Part shown: positions 1-14,200 of the stretch, in pieces | Position numbering within the stretch: position 1 is the first letter of the stretch | Layout: each line of letters begins with the position of its first letter | From: Paragordius varius | Lineage: Eukaryota > Animalia > Nematomorpha | NCBI GenBank assembly: GCA_964247055.1 | Contig: OZ176053.1 | Location: 1,984,001-2,048,000 of the forward strand | DNA: 64,000 nucleotides | Reading direction: 5' to 3' | The notes under the pieces: generated by a model | Databases searched by the model: none | Told to the model about the DNA's origin: nothing | Seen by the model: only the letters and a program-made list of their open reading frames with translations | Program-made: the position numbers and the translations under genes

Positions 1-96
1 ATTAGTTCGAAAACACATAATTTATTTTTAGGGTGATCTTGATTTGTTCTGGCGTGAATCCATTTTGTTCGAGGGTGAATTCGAACTGTAATGGTA
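1..96. mobile_element. MITE family A (21-bp-repeat TIRs), right end only
   Basis: ...GGGTGAATTCGAACTGTAATGGTA|TA. Confidence 0.75.
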
Positions 97-159
97 TATT
101 TGAAATAAGAAGTCAATTAAATATATTAATCAAAGAATAAATATTTACAAATATATTAT

Positions 160-2947
160 TTAGTCAAGCACAGTATTTACTAACTTTACAAAAGGGCGCC
201 AACAAAGTTTGTTGGAATTTGCTTCTTCAAGATTTTCGCAAATATGATTATTGCATTTTCGGTACTGCGTTTGTGATCTTTGGGATAATATATCGCAAAT
301 TTTAAGATTATATTTACTTTAAATAAAAAGTATACCCAACAATTTAAATAATTAAGGCATAATTTTGTAGTTAAACATGACTGACAAAGTTGATCATATT
401 TAATTCATGTAATATATTCTTAATTATAATACTTTTACAGCAAGATTTTAATGATTAAACATACCCGAACCAAAAATAATTTTAAGAAATTATTTAAGAA
501 AATAAACAATAAGCCCAAAGTTACAATCAAAGGATTTTTTAGTTTTGCCTTAATAAACAATATAATGTCTATAACAGCTTCCAGTTAGGGTACCATTAAA
601 CTCTAGATTTTTTTGATAAAATTCAAGTTTTTAAACTCTTACAATTAACTCCCCAATTAAACTGTTTTAAACTATCCTAATTTTCTGAAAATAGTTTTGT
701 GACTCGTTATATACCAGTATACATATTAATACTACAGTACCTTTTGGGGTAGTTTTATATCCAGAACTATTTGAAACTAGAATATCTTAAAATATATAGG
801 TACTAAGCCGAATTTAAAAATATGCTTTCTCTGCATTTGGTGCTATACAAAAATATTTAAAAAAATGTAAAATTGTAAAAAAGATCCTCACCTCATGCCG
901 CCAGTTTTTTCTATAAATTTTTAAAAAGAAACAGGCAGGTATAAATGTATAATATGGTTAAAAATGTATATAATTAACTTTACAAAGCTTTTAGGCACTA
1001 TTTTACCAGAAAAAATTTTCTATATATTGATTTTAATATCAGCTGTTCGTTTCAATCGCGTTTGGGAGTTGTCCCAATTTTATAATATAGAAGTCATAAA
1101 ACTGTAAAAAATATAAGCTTTATCTAATGCATGAAAACTTTGATAATTAAACTTTAACTGAAAAAACTGTCAAAACTGTAGTTTATTCACAAAATTGAGC
1201 TGTGAGATACAATACTACCCCAATATGTAAACTAAAAAAAAGTTAAAGGGTAATGTTAAGTGCTTACATTGATTGATCACATGTTAAACAATATTTTCTC
1301 CGGATTTGCAAACCACAACCTCCACAAGGATAAGAACAAGGTGACCAATTTGTCCAACTATTCCAAATGCTTCTCTCATACTCTATTTTGTCGGCTAAAA
1401 AATTTTTTTATAAGATCTCTATGAACATAAAAAATAATTTTAAAAAAGAAGAGCATTCACGTTGTAATAATTAAATTTAATTGACAAAAATTTAAATATA
1501 TACTGCTCCTTGTGACAATTTCATGATCCGGTTGTACTGTCATATAAGAAACGGCCTTAACCTCATCCTTAGATTCGCCAATGTGATTGACTTCAATAAA
1601 ATCCTTTTCATTTTTGTCAAAACTTTGTTCAATGTTATACAAACTACTATGTTCTGTCGACGATTCGTCTAAATCATCCTCCCTTTCAAACGTATTACTT
1701 GTTGAATTATTGAATAAATTTACATGTAAATTATAATTATGGTTTGCTGTAAAATTGTTGGATAGACTGTGAGGTAATAACTCCCTTCCATCAATATCCA
1801 ATTGTATCCTTTGGTTAGGTTTTCTTCGTCTTCTCCTACGTATAATGTTTAATGAACGAGTTTCAGATTCACTACTAGGAACTATTATTGGTTGATCTGT
1901 TTGGGGTTGTTCATTCGTCGACGTTACCGTAATTAAGTTTTCCGTATTATCAGTTTGGGGTGGAATTGATTCCGTAGTGGGTAATAGAGTTGTCAATGTT
2001 TCAAATGATATCTGCGGCGTAGTAGACGATATAATTGGGCCTAAATTATCGTCTATTGTTGTGAGATTTAAAAATGGGTTATTCCAATCAAAGTTGTTAC
2101 CATTATCATATTTGGCTGGTAGGATGTAATAATTTTGCTTGCTAACTTGTATTTTGGTTGGTGGTAGGGCATGAAAATCACTAAAATGTGATGGATTATA
2201 ATAGGAAGACCAAATGCGTGTCGTTTGTGATCCATAAAAGTTATTTTTATCATTTGAATAATAACTGTATTTATACTTTGTCTTGGATTTAACCAAATTC
2301 TCTGGTCTGGCATTATATCTATCATTGGGCACATTCAATCGATTCCATGTTCCTTGGGGTAGCAATCGATTTTTGGGTGCAGTATGCTTATAATTATTTT
2401 CATAATTATCATTGTTTGACTGTTGATTTAAGAAAGGTTCATCCTTAGAATTGTCATTGTGGTTATTATAGCTATTATCAAAATTTCGATTATTTCTACC
2501 TCTGTTATTATAGTAAAATCTATCCTCATGATCTTGGTCAAATTTAGAGGAATGGAAACCGCCCGAATTAATTGGATAATTTATGTAATCAAAAGCTATA
2601 TCACGATCAAAATAAGATCGATGATAATTTATTGGTCCCTTAGTCGTCAATGACATAATTCCGTATTCGTTACGATTAAAAGAGGATACATCTTGATAAT
2701 CATTATACTTATTGCCATCATCATTTCGGTCAAAATTAAATTGCTTATCTCTCTGTTCCCATTTCGGATTTGCTTTACTGTTTTGATTTATGTTTAGCCA
2801 ATATTTTAGCATTTGAAAGAATTGCAGCATAGTTTGATACCAATACATTTTATTGCCACCAGGAAAATTCCAACTATTGGGTGGTTTTTGATAATTTGGG
2901 AAAGATGGTTGCATGATTTGAGAGCTTTGATTATTTCTAGCCCAAAA

Positions 2948-2981
<34 letters not shown>

Positions 2982-5900
2982 GCCGTGTCTGTATTACCAA
3001 ATACACTAAAATCTATCGGATTATCTCCACCGAAACTGGATTGCTGAGAATTTGCTCGATCAAAATTTTGAGTTTCTGGAGACCAATTGTTAGGGAAAAA
3101 CTTAGGTTTAAAATTATTGTTATTAATGTTGTTTGCATTTTCTGGAAAATATGATGGGTTAGGCGGTCTATTCATCATGGATTGATAATTATAGGGGAAT
3201 GATTTTTTGATAGATTTAGATAAGGGGAAGACGAGTTGCGGATAAAATTTGTCGGGTTTTGAGCAATCGCAATTATTTTTTTTTGGTATTTCATTTATTT
3301 CGTCGCCACACACTACAATACCAAAATTAAATAATATTATCATAAACCAACTAAATATGGTTATAAAAATATAATTTAATTTTTATATATCACCATATCA
3401 AAATAGTGTCAAAAATTATATAATTTAAATATCATGACTGTGAAATCGTTTTAAAAATAACCAGTCATATTTTTACACAGGTATATCATATGATACATTA
3501 AAAATAATTGTATCTTCCGAAATTTACAGGTGTGATCTAATTATAATGATTTATATTAGATTAAGTATTCAATAAATATATATGCCATTTACAAATCAAA
3601 TTCACCCTTGAAAAATCTAATTTACCCTCGAACAATTCCAGCCTCGAACTATTTAAATTCACCCTCAAATAATATATATGTTTATTAAGATGAAAATTTA
3701 CCTATATTTTTATATATTTTTTTTATAAATATCGAAATTAAAATAGTACTGAAAAAATAATAAACTATGCCATAAAGATATAGATTTTATATTAATAATG
3801 AGTATTAATTCAAAAACACATATTTTATTTTTAGGGTGAATTCGGATTGTTCAAGGGTGAATTTGAACTGATGCTATATATAATGTGCAATCATCATGGC
3901 ATAAATTCGCGTGTATTTGATATGAGAGGTTATAACTAGGGTTGTGCCCATTAGTTAGTGACCTAGAATCATGACCAAGGTCATGACCTAGGTCATGATC
4001 ATGGTCACGACCACGAAAAAAAATGACTTAGGTTAATTTTTTATTTTTTTGTTTTATTAATATTACATTTTTTAGGAAAACAAAGCCTTATACTATTTAT
4101 ATATGTATTATTTTGATTTAAATATCATATGGTATACATTTTTTCTTTACTTCCTCATAATATCAGCCTTGTGAAAATTTATCGATCAAAAAAAATCAAG
4201 TTACATGCAAGAAATGCAATTACACTATTTATTTAAAAACCAAGTGAAGAAACATCTTAAAGAAGTTTATGAAAAATTATATGAGAGAAAATAATAGTCG
4301 AAAGCAAGCTAAGTATTTAATTAAGTTTAGTAGTTTCTGTTTGCAATAGAAAATTAACCAGAAACATTTAGCAAAATTTATTTCTACATCCTCAACTCTT
4401 AACATAATTGAAAATAAACATTTTCGGGTTTCATATATAGTTTAAAATAATTAGAGCATAAATAGGTTCGAAAAAATTTCATATTGTTAATCTTATCTTT
4501 CTGAGATTAAAAACTTTCTATAGTCTTTTTATATGATTCCAGGATATCGTTAATTGTAGAAGTTTAAATTATCAGTATTGGTGAAAGTATACTTTTAAAA
4601 AAATATATACTTTATGTAAAAACCTTTTTTATTTAATTTAACCAAGTATTTATGTATCTAGTTATTTATTATTGGCAATAACATATGATATGACCTAGGT
4701 CGGACTTTTTATAAAAAATTGAAAGTATCACTTACAAACGGAAATCATAGCGCGAAAACCTCTTCCTCCATAATTTGCGATTTCGCTCGATGATTCAAAG
4801 ATAACTAACATGGTATCATCCTCGGAATATATGACATCTGGTACATAATCGCTTGTGCAAAACCTTTGTGTACAAATTTAATTTACAATAACAATAAAAC
4901 ATATTATTCTTATTGAAATCAAATACTAAATAACAGACTCTAACCGGGGTCCAGTTAAACCCAAATCTTTTGCATATTTGACTTCAACCCAGTGAGCACA
5001 TGCTCCTTGTTTCGAGGTTGGTAACTGTAAAGGAGCAGATTTTACGAAACCAAATTTTAATCGGCCTTTAGTGTTGTTCCCGCAAATCGCCTAAATTTAA
5101 AGTGCAATTTTTAAAATTGGAATAAATATAAAAATTGATATATTCTCCAAAAAATTATAATAGTACCCGTACAAACCATATGCACTCTTGATTCAAAGTA
5201 TAAATTTGAGGATGTTTTGGTGAAGCTATTTCTAGAGACTTGTGTGTTTCATTTAGCGTATGCATTCCCACGTTTTCAGGACATTCCACTTTTTAAAATA
5301 TTTAATGTATAATATTAAAAATATGAATTTAAAAATAAATTACTAACAGAAGGTGGAAAAGAATGATTCGTAAATTTATGCGAAAGAGTTATCTGGGAAA
5401 AAATACAATTATTGTTATTATATCCCAGGAATCCATATATATTCAGTTAAAGATCTTAACTAACAGGTGTATGGAGTTGTTACCGGTTTTTTAGCTAAAA
5501 AATGTCATTTATAAAAAATCGATTACTTATTTTATTCGAAATATTGTTTATCGACTTATACACATTTTGCCCATTTCTTAGGTAGTATAAGAATGCCGTG
5601 GCAGGAAAAAGGATTGTCCTATGCAGAAAACCATTCGTCAAGCCATTCTCCAACGTTCTTTAAATTAGCTGCTCCAGGAGGATGGGCCTCATTGATGTAA
5701 AGCTGCATAGTCAGATGGCGCCAGGTAAGAATAGCGCGGGAAAATTTATACCAAAGCGGTTTTAAGTGTGAGACGTTGTCATGTAACAAAATAACTTTGC
5801 CATGTTTTCCGGCTCGTTACGGTTGTCTTTCGATTAATTCTTCAACTGTTTTGACAATTTCACGTCAAGTTTCTTTTTGATCCCACCAGACACTGGCATG

Positions 5901-8900
5901 GTTTTCTAGCCGAAGCGATTAGAAATTGGTGTTGATGGACCGGCTTAGCAAGGTAAAAGTCACAAGTTTTCCGCTTGGAATTTACAAAAGAGAGTCATTT
6001 CTCACCCGTCCCCATTTGATGCAAAAATAACTCCTTATGACGCTGAATCTTGTTTTTACTGGTCATTTTGATTTTCGAGTTGAGGACGTTCATGTCAATG
6101 TAGAAATTTACCGAATTTGATCGTCTTCCCCATGTTCGTAGACATCTATTCATTGTTAATGATATAGGTAATGCTTCTGCCAATTGCCGTTAAGTTTCAA
6201 ACGGGTCATCAGCCAATAACTTTAGTATTTGATAGCCTTTTTAGTTGTGCGGTATACCAGAGCATCCACATTCTTTCACCTGAAACCGCAACTTTATTAT
6301 TCGACACCATGTTTTATATGGGCTAATATATAAAGCATATTCATCATATGTTTCTACCAACAACGACAACTTTCAGCAGCCTTTCTTCTGGTAGCAAGGC
6401 GTGCCGCAAAACTTACTTGTGCGTGTTTGTGGTTTGATGTTAGATTAACAAAATGGGGTCTGTATCATATTAATCGTCTGCATATTTTTTGCTGACACCT
6501 TTTCTTCGTTAAACCGGTGTATGAATACACCTGGCAAACTTAAAAAATCCATTAAAGCTTGCCAAGTATTTTATCATGCAATATATTTTAAGAACTTAGC
6601 ATAGATGTTTACCTGTACCAGTTGATGGTGTATCGCATATCGTTCCGGTCAAACCAGCCGGACATATACATTTATTGCAATCTCTCGGGTTATTATAACC
6701 ACCATTGAGGCATTCGATTTGACTTGATGTGCAGATATCTAAATTATTTACAGTATGAGTAAGTATATATGCTAGAAAGTTATTAATTATTGCCAAACAG
6801 CATATGCAGCAAAGAGAATCATTATTGGCTAATAAATGGTAAAAAGTGAAAAAAATAACTATAAGCCAATAATACTGCACTTTGTTGTATATGTTGGCAA
6901 TAATTAATAACTTTCTAGCATTGTATACTTCATATATCATAAAAATCTTGCCTGTAGTTTATTAGGCATTTAATATTTACGAAGAGTTCTTATTTTTTAT
7001 TGAATTTTATCGTTTTATTGGTTTGTATTATAAATATTAAACATATGCATATAAATATATTTAAAATCTTTTCAGATGTTTGGCATGATAAATAAAATTA
7101 ATTACTTTTGCAATAAACATTGTTAAGAAATTTGTTGTCATAAAAGGATGGTTTGTAAGTACTTCCCATTGTCGTTTGGTAATGAATATTTGTACTTAGT
7201 ATGGTTGGTTCATCTTTATCATCTCTTTTAAACATCTAAATATATATATATATATATGAAAATAGGTTTAATATATTCACAAAATATTCTGTCTTTCAAA
7301 TAATTAATTATATTTGAAAAGATCCATGTTAATGATGAAAAGCTACCGAATTGTCCAACTGTTCAAATCATTAATGTAAAAAAAGTTTACTTTTGGGGGT
7401 ATGTGCATTAAACTCCCATAATCATAGGGCATATCCATCGGTTCACCCTTGTTTAAATTAAATGCCTCATAATTTTCTGGCCTAACCTAAAAACATTAAT
7501 AAAATTTTTGATCAAATGAAAATATATCAGATTTCTGATTAAAATATATTTTTAAATATCTATTTAGTTTTAAAGCGATATATCTTAATTTCTAATGATT
7601 AAATTGTTTTAATTCTAAAATAGACGGACAAATGAAATGTTGTTTAAAAGTATGATTTATACGTTTTCTATGCTCAATTGAATATATTTGTCTCTATCGA
7701 TTCGCGTGTGCGTATGCATCAGTCCCAATGTATGTCCAATTATTTTTACGATTTCACCATTCTATGGAGTATAAATAATTTATGATATAATTTATATTTT
7801 ATTGCAATTTAAATATATCAAATTAATATAAAAACTCAAATAAAAATTAAATGTCTTACATTCGAGCATTTTGGAAAATCCAAATAAATAATTTGTTGGC
7901 CTCCAATTCTACCGACATATGAACGACACCTAAAAAAATGAGAATTTTTACAATCAAAAATACAAATTAGTTTTACAAATATAAATGAATCTATCTATGG
8001 GGGTTTAAACTTATTTTGTCATATTTAAAAAAATTATATATACCAACGATTCAAATTCACCCTTGAACAATTCGATTCATCATCGAACATTTCAAATTCA
8101 CCCTCAAATAATATTTTTTAAGATTATAAATTACCTTATTTTTATATATTTTTTGACTAAATTTTTAAAAATTACAAAAATACTGAACAAATAATTAACT
8201 ATGCACAAAGATATTTTTTATATTAATAATGAGTTATATTAGTTCGAAAACACATAATTTATTTTTAGGGTGAATTGAATTGTTCAAGGGTGAATTTGAA
8301 CTGTAAATTGTATATATGTTTATATGATTTGAAAAGATATATATAATAATTTTTTTAAATATATATTATTTATAATTATATATTTATATTGTACAAATAT
8401 TTTGTAAAACATTGCGCATACGTTAGATCATTGGTGTCTTCAAATTGGATGTAATTATCAGAGTCTTTGGTTAACTTAAAATCTATACAAGTTTCATCTG
8501 TCCATGCTTCCAAAGCTAACCGGATAATCTGTTTCTCGATTTCGGCTTTTTAAGTAAAAGATTTATTAAATTATATTCTATCCCTTTATTTTAAAATTTT
8601 ATGGAAATAAATGCGGTTATTGTGTAAAAAATAACTTAAAAGTTTAGAAAATTCACTTGATCTAAAACATGGGTCCAAAACAAATGCCTTTGCAAGCCGT
8701 AGTTTTACTTAAAAAATCTGGCGGGCCGCATTTGAAATATATATGAGCATTTAAATATAATTTATTATATTCAAACATAAGATGCAAAATGCAAACGCAA
8801 TAAAAAAAATTTGTAGTTCTTGCCAATTGGATAGACTTATTTATAAAAATTGTATGAGAAATATTAATTTTGTTAAGATTTTGTGCGCATATTTTAAAAA

Positions 8901-10083
8901 ATTATAAATTTCCAAATTTTTCATGGGTCTCACATAAATTCACGGATGGCCGCATGTTACCCCTCGCCTAAAATAACTCGAAAATAATTGATTTAATTAA
9001 TCAAACAATAAAATGGTTTGTTTATACTTGCAATGCTATTCCCAAATTTGTAGGGTATAACATTTGAAAGCCATAGAAATTCATCCATAGAACCTCGAAC
9101 CAAAGCCCGTTTACCTCTATAAATGCCCGTTCCAGCGTATTGATTATTGGAAGGAAAAGGTTGAAAAGTATTATCAGTAGTTCCTGTAAAATTTTCTGGC
9201 GGTTCATAAAAAGCATATTGACCTCTATCGATCATGATATCGCCCTCAAATATACCGTTAAAGGCATGAACTGCCTAGAAATTAATTTAAAAAAGGGTGG
9301 ATTAATTTACCAAAAATAAACTTTCTTTTGATAAAAGTTATATAAAGGATTTATACCTTAGATACTTCGGCATAATTAATGGGGTAACCATAATTTTGAA
9401 GGACAAACCTTAACCGTTTCTCATATAAAATTTTAAGGTCCTTCAAATCTTCAGATGAAATTCCACTGAGAGGTGTTTTTTCCTATACAATAAATATATA
9501 TTATTATTATTATTATATGATGATGATGGAATGAAAATGTCAAATTTTACTATGTTAATTATTTCTCATAGAGGAAAATCTTTTAAAACAATCCTCGGTA
9601 ATTAATTAAGCAGTATATATGGAATAAAGCCTAAAATATTCTTTTTTAGGACAATTTTTAAGACCAGTTAATAATTTTGACCGTTTTGAAATGAATTAAT
9701 GGTAAATTACCTGGAAAGCTTTATATTAATTAAATGAAATATTTAGAAATCAATAATAATAACTGGTATATTAACGGTTGTAAGATGTTTTAGATTTAAT
9801 ATTATTTATGTAAAAAATAGATAATAAAATCAGAAAAATTAATTGCAAACCGAAAACACCCTTAAAAACGCTTAAGTAAAAATAAAAATGAAAATATCAA
9901 AAACTCAAAAATAAGGCCGAGCATTTTGTATAAAACATATAATAATTAGGTTAATAATTTCACTTCTTCATAATTTTTGGTCTCTGGATAATAAGGATAA
10001 TAGTAGGGTTTGGCCCGTATGTGTCGGAAAATAGAGAATAGCAAAGGAATTATCACACAAAAAATAGTAGCAATATATTGCAT
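160..10083 (-). CDS. Secreted astacin-family (M12A) protein with signal-prodomain-astacin-EGF-CUB-long low-complexity insert-TSP1 architecture (nematode NAS-35/36/37-like); probably catalytically dead
   Basis: About 15 GT-AG exons join in frame. Signal peptide MQYIATIFCVIIPLLFSIF (ATG 10083), prodomain IFEGDIMI, furin-like RGKR, IRLALEAWTDETCIDF, CRSYVGRIGG, zinc region IVKIIGHTLGLMHTHTRIDRD, PYDYGSLMHI, EGF CLNGGYNNPRDCNKCICPAGLTGTIC, CUB (ECIWFVR, HWVEVKY, TGPRFC), 1809-nt exon 3312-1504, TSP1 WNSWTNWSPCSYPCGGCGLQIRRKYC (1394-1268), last exon 316-160. Confidence 0.88.
3581..3878. mobile_element. MITE family A copy
   Basis: CCATTTACAAATCAAATTCACCC...GGGTGAATTTGAACTG, with the shared ~200-bp core. 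Confidence 0.8.
5465..6533 (-). mobile_element. Degraded mariner-type (Tc1/mariner) transposon in an astacin intron
   Basis: Broken frames give LAPSDY and WLDEWF..GILILPKKWAKCV...YFE*. Imperfect TIRs CAGGTGTAT...ACCGGTTT at 5465-5490 and 6510-6533. Multiple stops and frameshifts. Confidence 0.8.
8041..8312. mobile_element. MITE family A copy
   Basis: TA|TACC...TTCAAATTCACCC...GGGTGAATTTGAACTGTAAATTGTA|TA. Confidence 0.85.
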
Positions 10084-11276
10084 TCACGCAAAAACATTTG
10101 AATATTATAATTTTTATATTTAGTGAATATATATTTATATATATATATATATATGTTTTGTTTATATTATAAAGACATAACCATACTAATTTAAAGGTAA
10201 GCAAGCCACTGATCAAAATATTATTGGAAACTAGATTTTAACGTTATATTGTTGTATATATTTTTCTTTATATATATATATTCATTAATACAACAACTTG
10301 TCGTCTCAAATTACAACCTTTCATTTTATAAACAAAAACTGGTATTTGAGCGGAATATGGAGGCATATATATATATATATATATTATGAGTATTTTATAA
10401 TTTTATAATATACGCAGTTAATTAACTTGGGTCACCGCCCCCCTAAAATCACCTTTAAAAGGATAAATTGCAATTTATCTCAGCCTACTCGCAAAATGAA
10501 ATAATGATTCATAAAATAAATTATGGACTGACAAATAATCTTTATCATTCTATAAATTACCTTTACCTTCCGCGTGGAATCCTGTCCAGACTAGCAAAAA
10601 AAATCTTTTTAAATAAAAGAGATTTAGTCACAATTGGTTACCATTTTCATCAGACATAAAATTTTTATATCGTATTTTTTTGCCTAGATTTTAGAAATGT
10701 GAATATCGCTGGAATGCAATAAAGTTTTTTTATGTATATCAACTATTATATAATTTCATATACTGGTATAAATATTTATTAAGGAGTATTTGGGAGGCTA
10801 TTTGAGTTTATAATTGAAGGATGACTATATATTCAAAACTAATAACCAGAGGCCAGCCAGGCATCTACATGGCATTTTATATCATAATACAGTAAAATGT
10901 GGTAATTTTGGAAAATTGATTGTCAATTTAAAATTTTTTTGTGTATAAGAGCGATAATTTGGATTTGGATTAAATAATATACAGTTATTCTAGACTGAAT
11001 CATTAGATCAACGAATCACATTTTTTTATAATTACCTCGTTTTTTATGCCCCGATATTACAATCATGAAAATTTAGTGGAAGATATGTATTCAGACCTGC
11101 CTAATCATCCAGATGGGATGGATTTAGCATTAGTTAGTTTCTAAAAAAACAAGAGGAAATTGAGGGTTAAAAACATAACAATATATCTCTCATAAAATTT
11201 ATTTTATTAACATATACTTAATTACATGTGTATACAATCAAAAATATATATATTTTTCTAATTCCGGCTGCAAAAC

Positions 11277-14200
11277 TCAATATTTTTTATCCTGACTTCG
11301 CCATTTGCTGAAATCGATGTCTGGAAGCTTGTCGCAATATAAGACCGGATTGCTAAAATAGAGTATAATAATAAATTTTAAAATGTCAGCAAAATTATAT
11401 CTTTGATAATATTAAACGAAGAATTCAAATAACCCTCGAACAATTTAAATTCACGCTAAAAATAAATTATGTGTTTTCGGGATATAATAAGAAATATATT
11501 TTTATGCCATAGTTTATTATTTTTTCAGTATTATATCAAAATGTAATTTTTTTAAAATATTAAAAAAATATAGGTAATTTTTAATCTTAAAAACACATAA
11601 TTTCTTTTAGGGTTAATTTAAACTGTAATGGTATATTTGAAATGTTTAAGGGTGAATTTGAACTCTAAATGGTATATTGTAAATTAGTATAAAATGCATA
11701 TTATAATTTCATCGAAAACAATCAATCTAAAAAAATATTAAAATTTACTGAAGGCTTGGCTGTCGGAAAACATCTCTTTGGATAACATCAATTGTGTCAG
11801 TGTTGATACATGTTATCCGGCTTAATCGAATTTTTCGAATTTCTTGCAATTGATCTGACATTAAAATATAAAATTCTGTTTTTTTGGAATCAATAAAATT
11901 TTTAATAAATTTCAATTTTCTTATAAAAAGGATGATAAAATTTGTTTAACAACAAAAAATGTTTTCGAGTAAATTCAAGTGTTTCAATAATATAATAAAT
12001 TATTTTAGGGCATATTTTGAAAATTATTCATTTTCTAATTATTTGGTTTGTCCGCCCTCATTTTTCATAACTAACAAAATTATACCTTTGCGTTTTTTAA
12101 CTCAGAGATCATAAAATCATATTACCAGGTGTAAAAGGGTATGATATGACACCGGTCCTTGGAGCATTTTCATACCAAAACCTATCCCCGAAACGAGCAT
12201 TGTGAAATTGTAATCCAATAATACAAGCAAATGTTGGCCCCAATATACCATCCTGATTAGGTAATTCAGAAACTCCGGCAGGAAATAAATCCACATCATC
12301 AGGGTGCCTATGAGATTATTGAAAATGAAAAAAACCGTCGAGGAAAAGCATTAAATGCTTAGTAAAGTATGGGTGATTATGCTGAGTTTTGTCATAATTT
12401 CGAATCGTTTTTGACGATTTGGTAAGACAGTAGCGTATCGGTAAAAAGCAAAAAATGGTTGAAAATACAATTGTTTCCCATCTTACGGCATTAAATTATA
12501 ATTGATTATAGACTAAATTTATTTAATATCTTACGCTACTGTATTCCCAATAGGCCAACATTAATGTGCATACTGTAAATAAATACAGTATTTGTGAAGA
12601 TTTCAAAACATCATAAGGTTTTAGTTATCCCTTTTCAAAATGTAAAAAAAAGTATTTAACAAAAAAATTATAATATAACTGTTAAAAAGTTTAAGCGTAC
12701 TTATAAATAGTGGCCAAGCGTTCAGCAGCTCCTGGATACATTTCATGAGCCATGGAATAAAAATCTAGGAATCGATGAAATCCACAAAATTGGCGCCATT
12801 CATTGTAACCAGGGACGCCGTGTTCTCTGCCTCGAATCAAATTTAGCACCATTAAATCCATTCCTATGATAACAGCAGTTGATAATAATATGCAGTGTAA
12901 ACTTACTCGTTATATCATTTTATGTAAATGGCATAGTTTAATTTTTAATCAATGACTAAATATATTTATTGGCTAAAATATAAAGCTGAGATTCCTTATA
13001 ATTAAAATTAGGGCGCTGCAATACATAAATTTAATGTTCGTTTAAATTGTTAATAAAAACTATAATAAATCACATCCCTAAACTAATTGTTAAGGAAAGG
13101 AGACTGTTTATATCAGTTTTTCCCTAGCAGATAAATACAACATTTTAATCATTTGAAGGACTAATAGAAATACAAAGGGTATATTATATAATAAAATATA
13201 GTCACACTTGATTCTTTAATAATGTGTGGTAACTTTTGCATATAACAATTACAAAAACGATTAAATCTAAACGGTTTACTTAAATTTCCATGTGCAAAAA
13301 TGGTAGCACTTTGTCTATACTCCATATACCTCTTTTATACCAATTTACATTATTTTCTATTTCTCATTATAATTTGCAGTTTAAAACAATGAGTCATAAC
13401 TAAAAAATCAAAAAATTTGAAAAAAGTGTGGAATTCGTCTTTTGAAATAATAATTTGCCCCTATAGATTTTTACATTTTGTCTGCATGATTTCAAATTTT
13501 ATACTGTAAAATTATACCGAAAGGGCGATCATCATGTTCAAATAAATGGTCTTTTACATCTTCCGCTATATTATTGTCCATCAATTGACAATGTTGTTGA
13601 AACAATCCACGTATGATAGGATCCAAACCTTTGGGAAACGTGTCATTATAAATATTTTCGGGTCTGAAAAAATCGGTCCTCAAATGCAATGGCGACTCGT
13701 ATTCATTATTACGGCTTATGCGAAACATATCTTTGCTAATAAATTATATGGATTACTTAAATAATTTTATCAAATATTTATACAATTATATATAAATCAG
13801 GGATGTACAATACAAATAGCTAAACCGCATAACTCAAAAATTCCGGCGGGCCGAATTTCTAATATCCATGGACATTTTAAATATTTTTTAAATCTTAGAC
13901 ATATCATAATAAATTTTTTCCAGTTTGTTGCCAATTTAAATAGACTTATTCCATAAATTTATGTCAGAAATATCAATTTTATTAACATTTTATGAGCATA
14001 TTTAAGAGCAAAATATGTATTTACAAGTTTTCGCGGGCCGCCCATAATGTTTCGGAGGGCTGCGGACCAAAAATCCCTGCCCTAAAAAAGATTTTTTATA
14101 CCTCTACATCATAACTCATTTAAAGTTTATAATTATATAGATTAGTGGAAATGTTAAAAATATTTTGTTTTACACATTACATACTTGATTAAACTGTGCC

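Noticed and set aside
290-316. Apparent non-AG acceptor for the last astacin exon
   Set aside because: A canonical AG at 317-318 gives an open, in-phase exon.
2068-3154. Alternative-frame and antisense ORFs over the large astacin exon
   Set aside because: By-products of (ATT)n and low-complexity codons, with no independent homology.
9028-9036. Possible GC-AG donor (ATT|GCAAGT) in the astacin
   Set aside because: The phase is wrong; the GT donor 4 nt further on fits the next exon.
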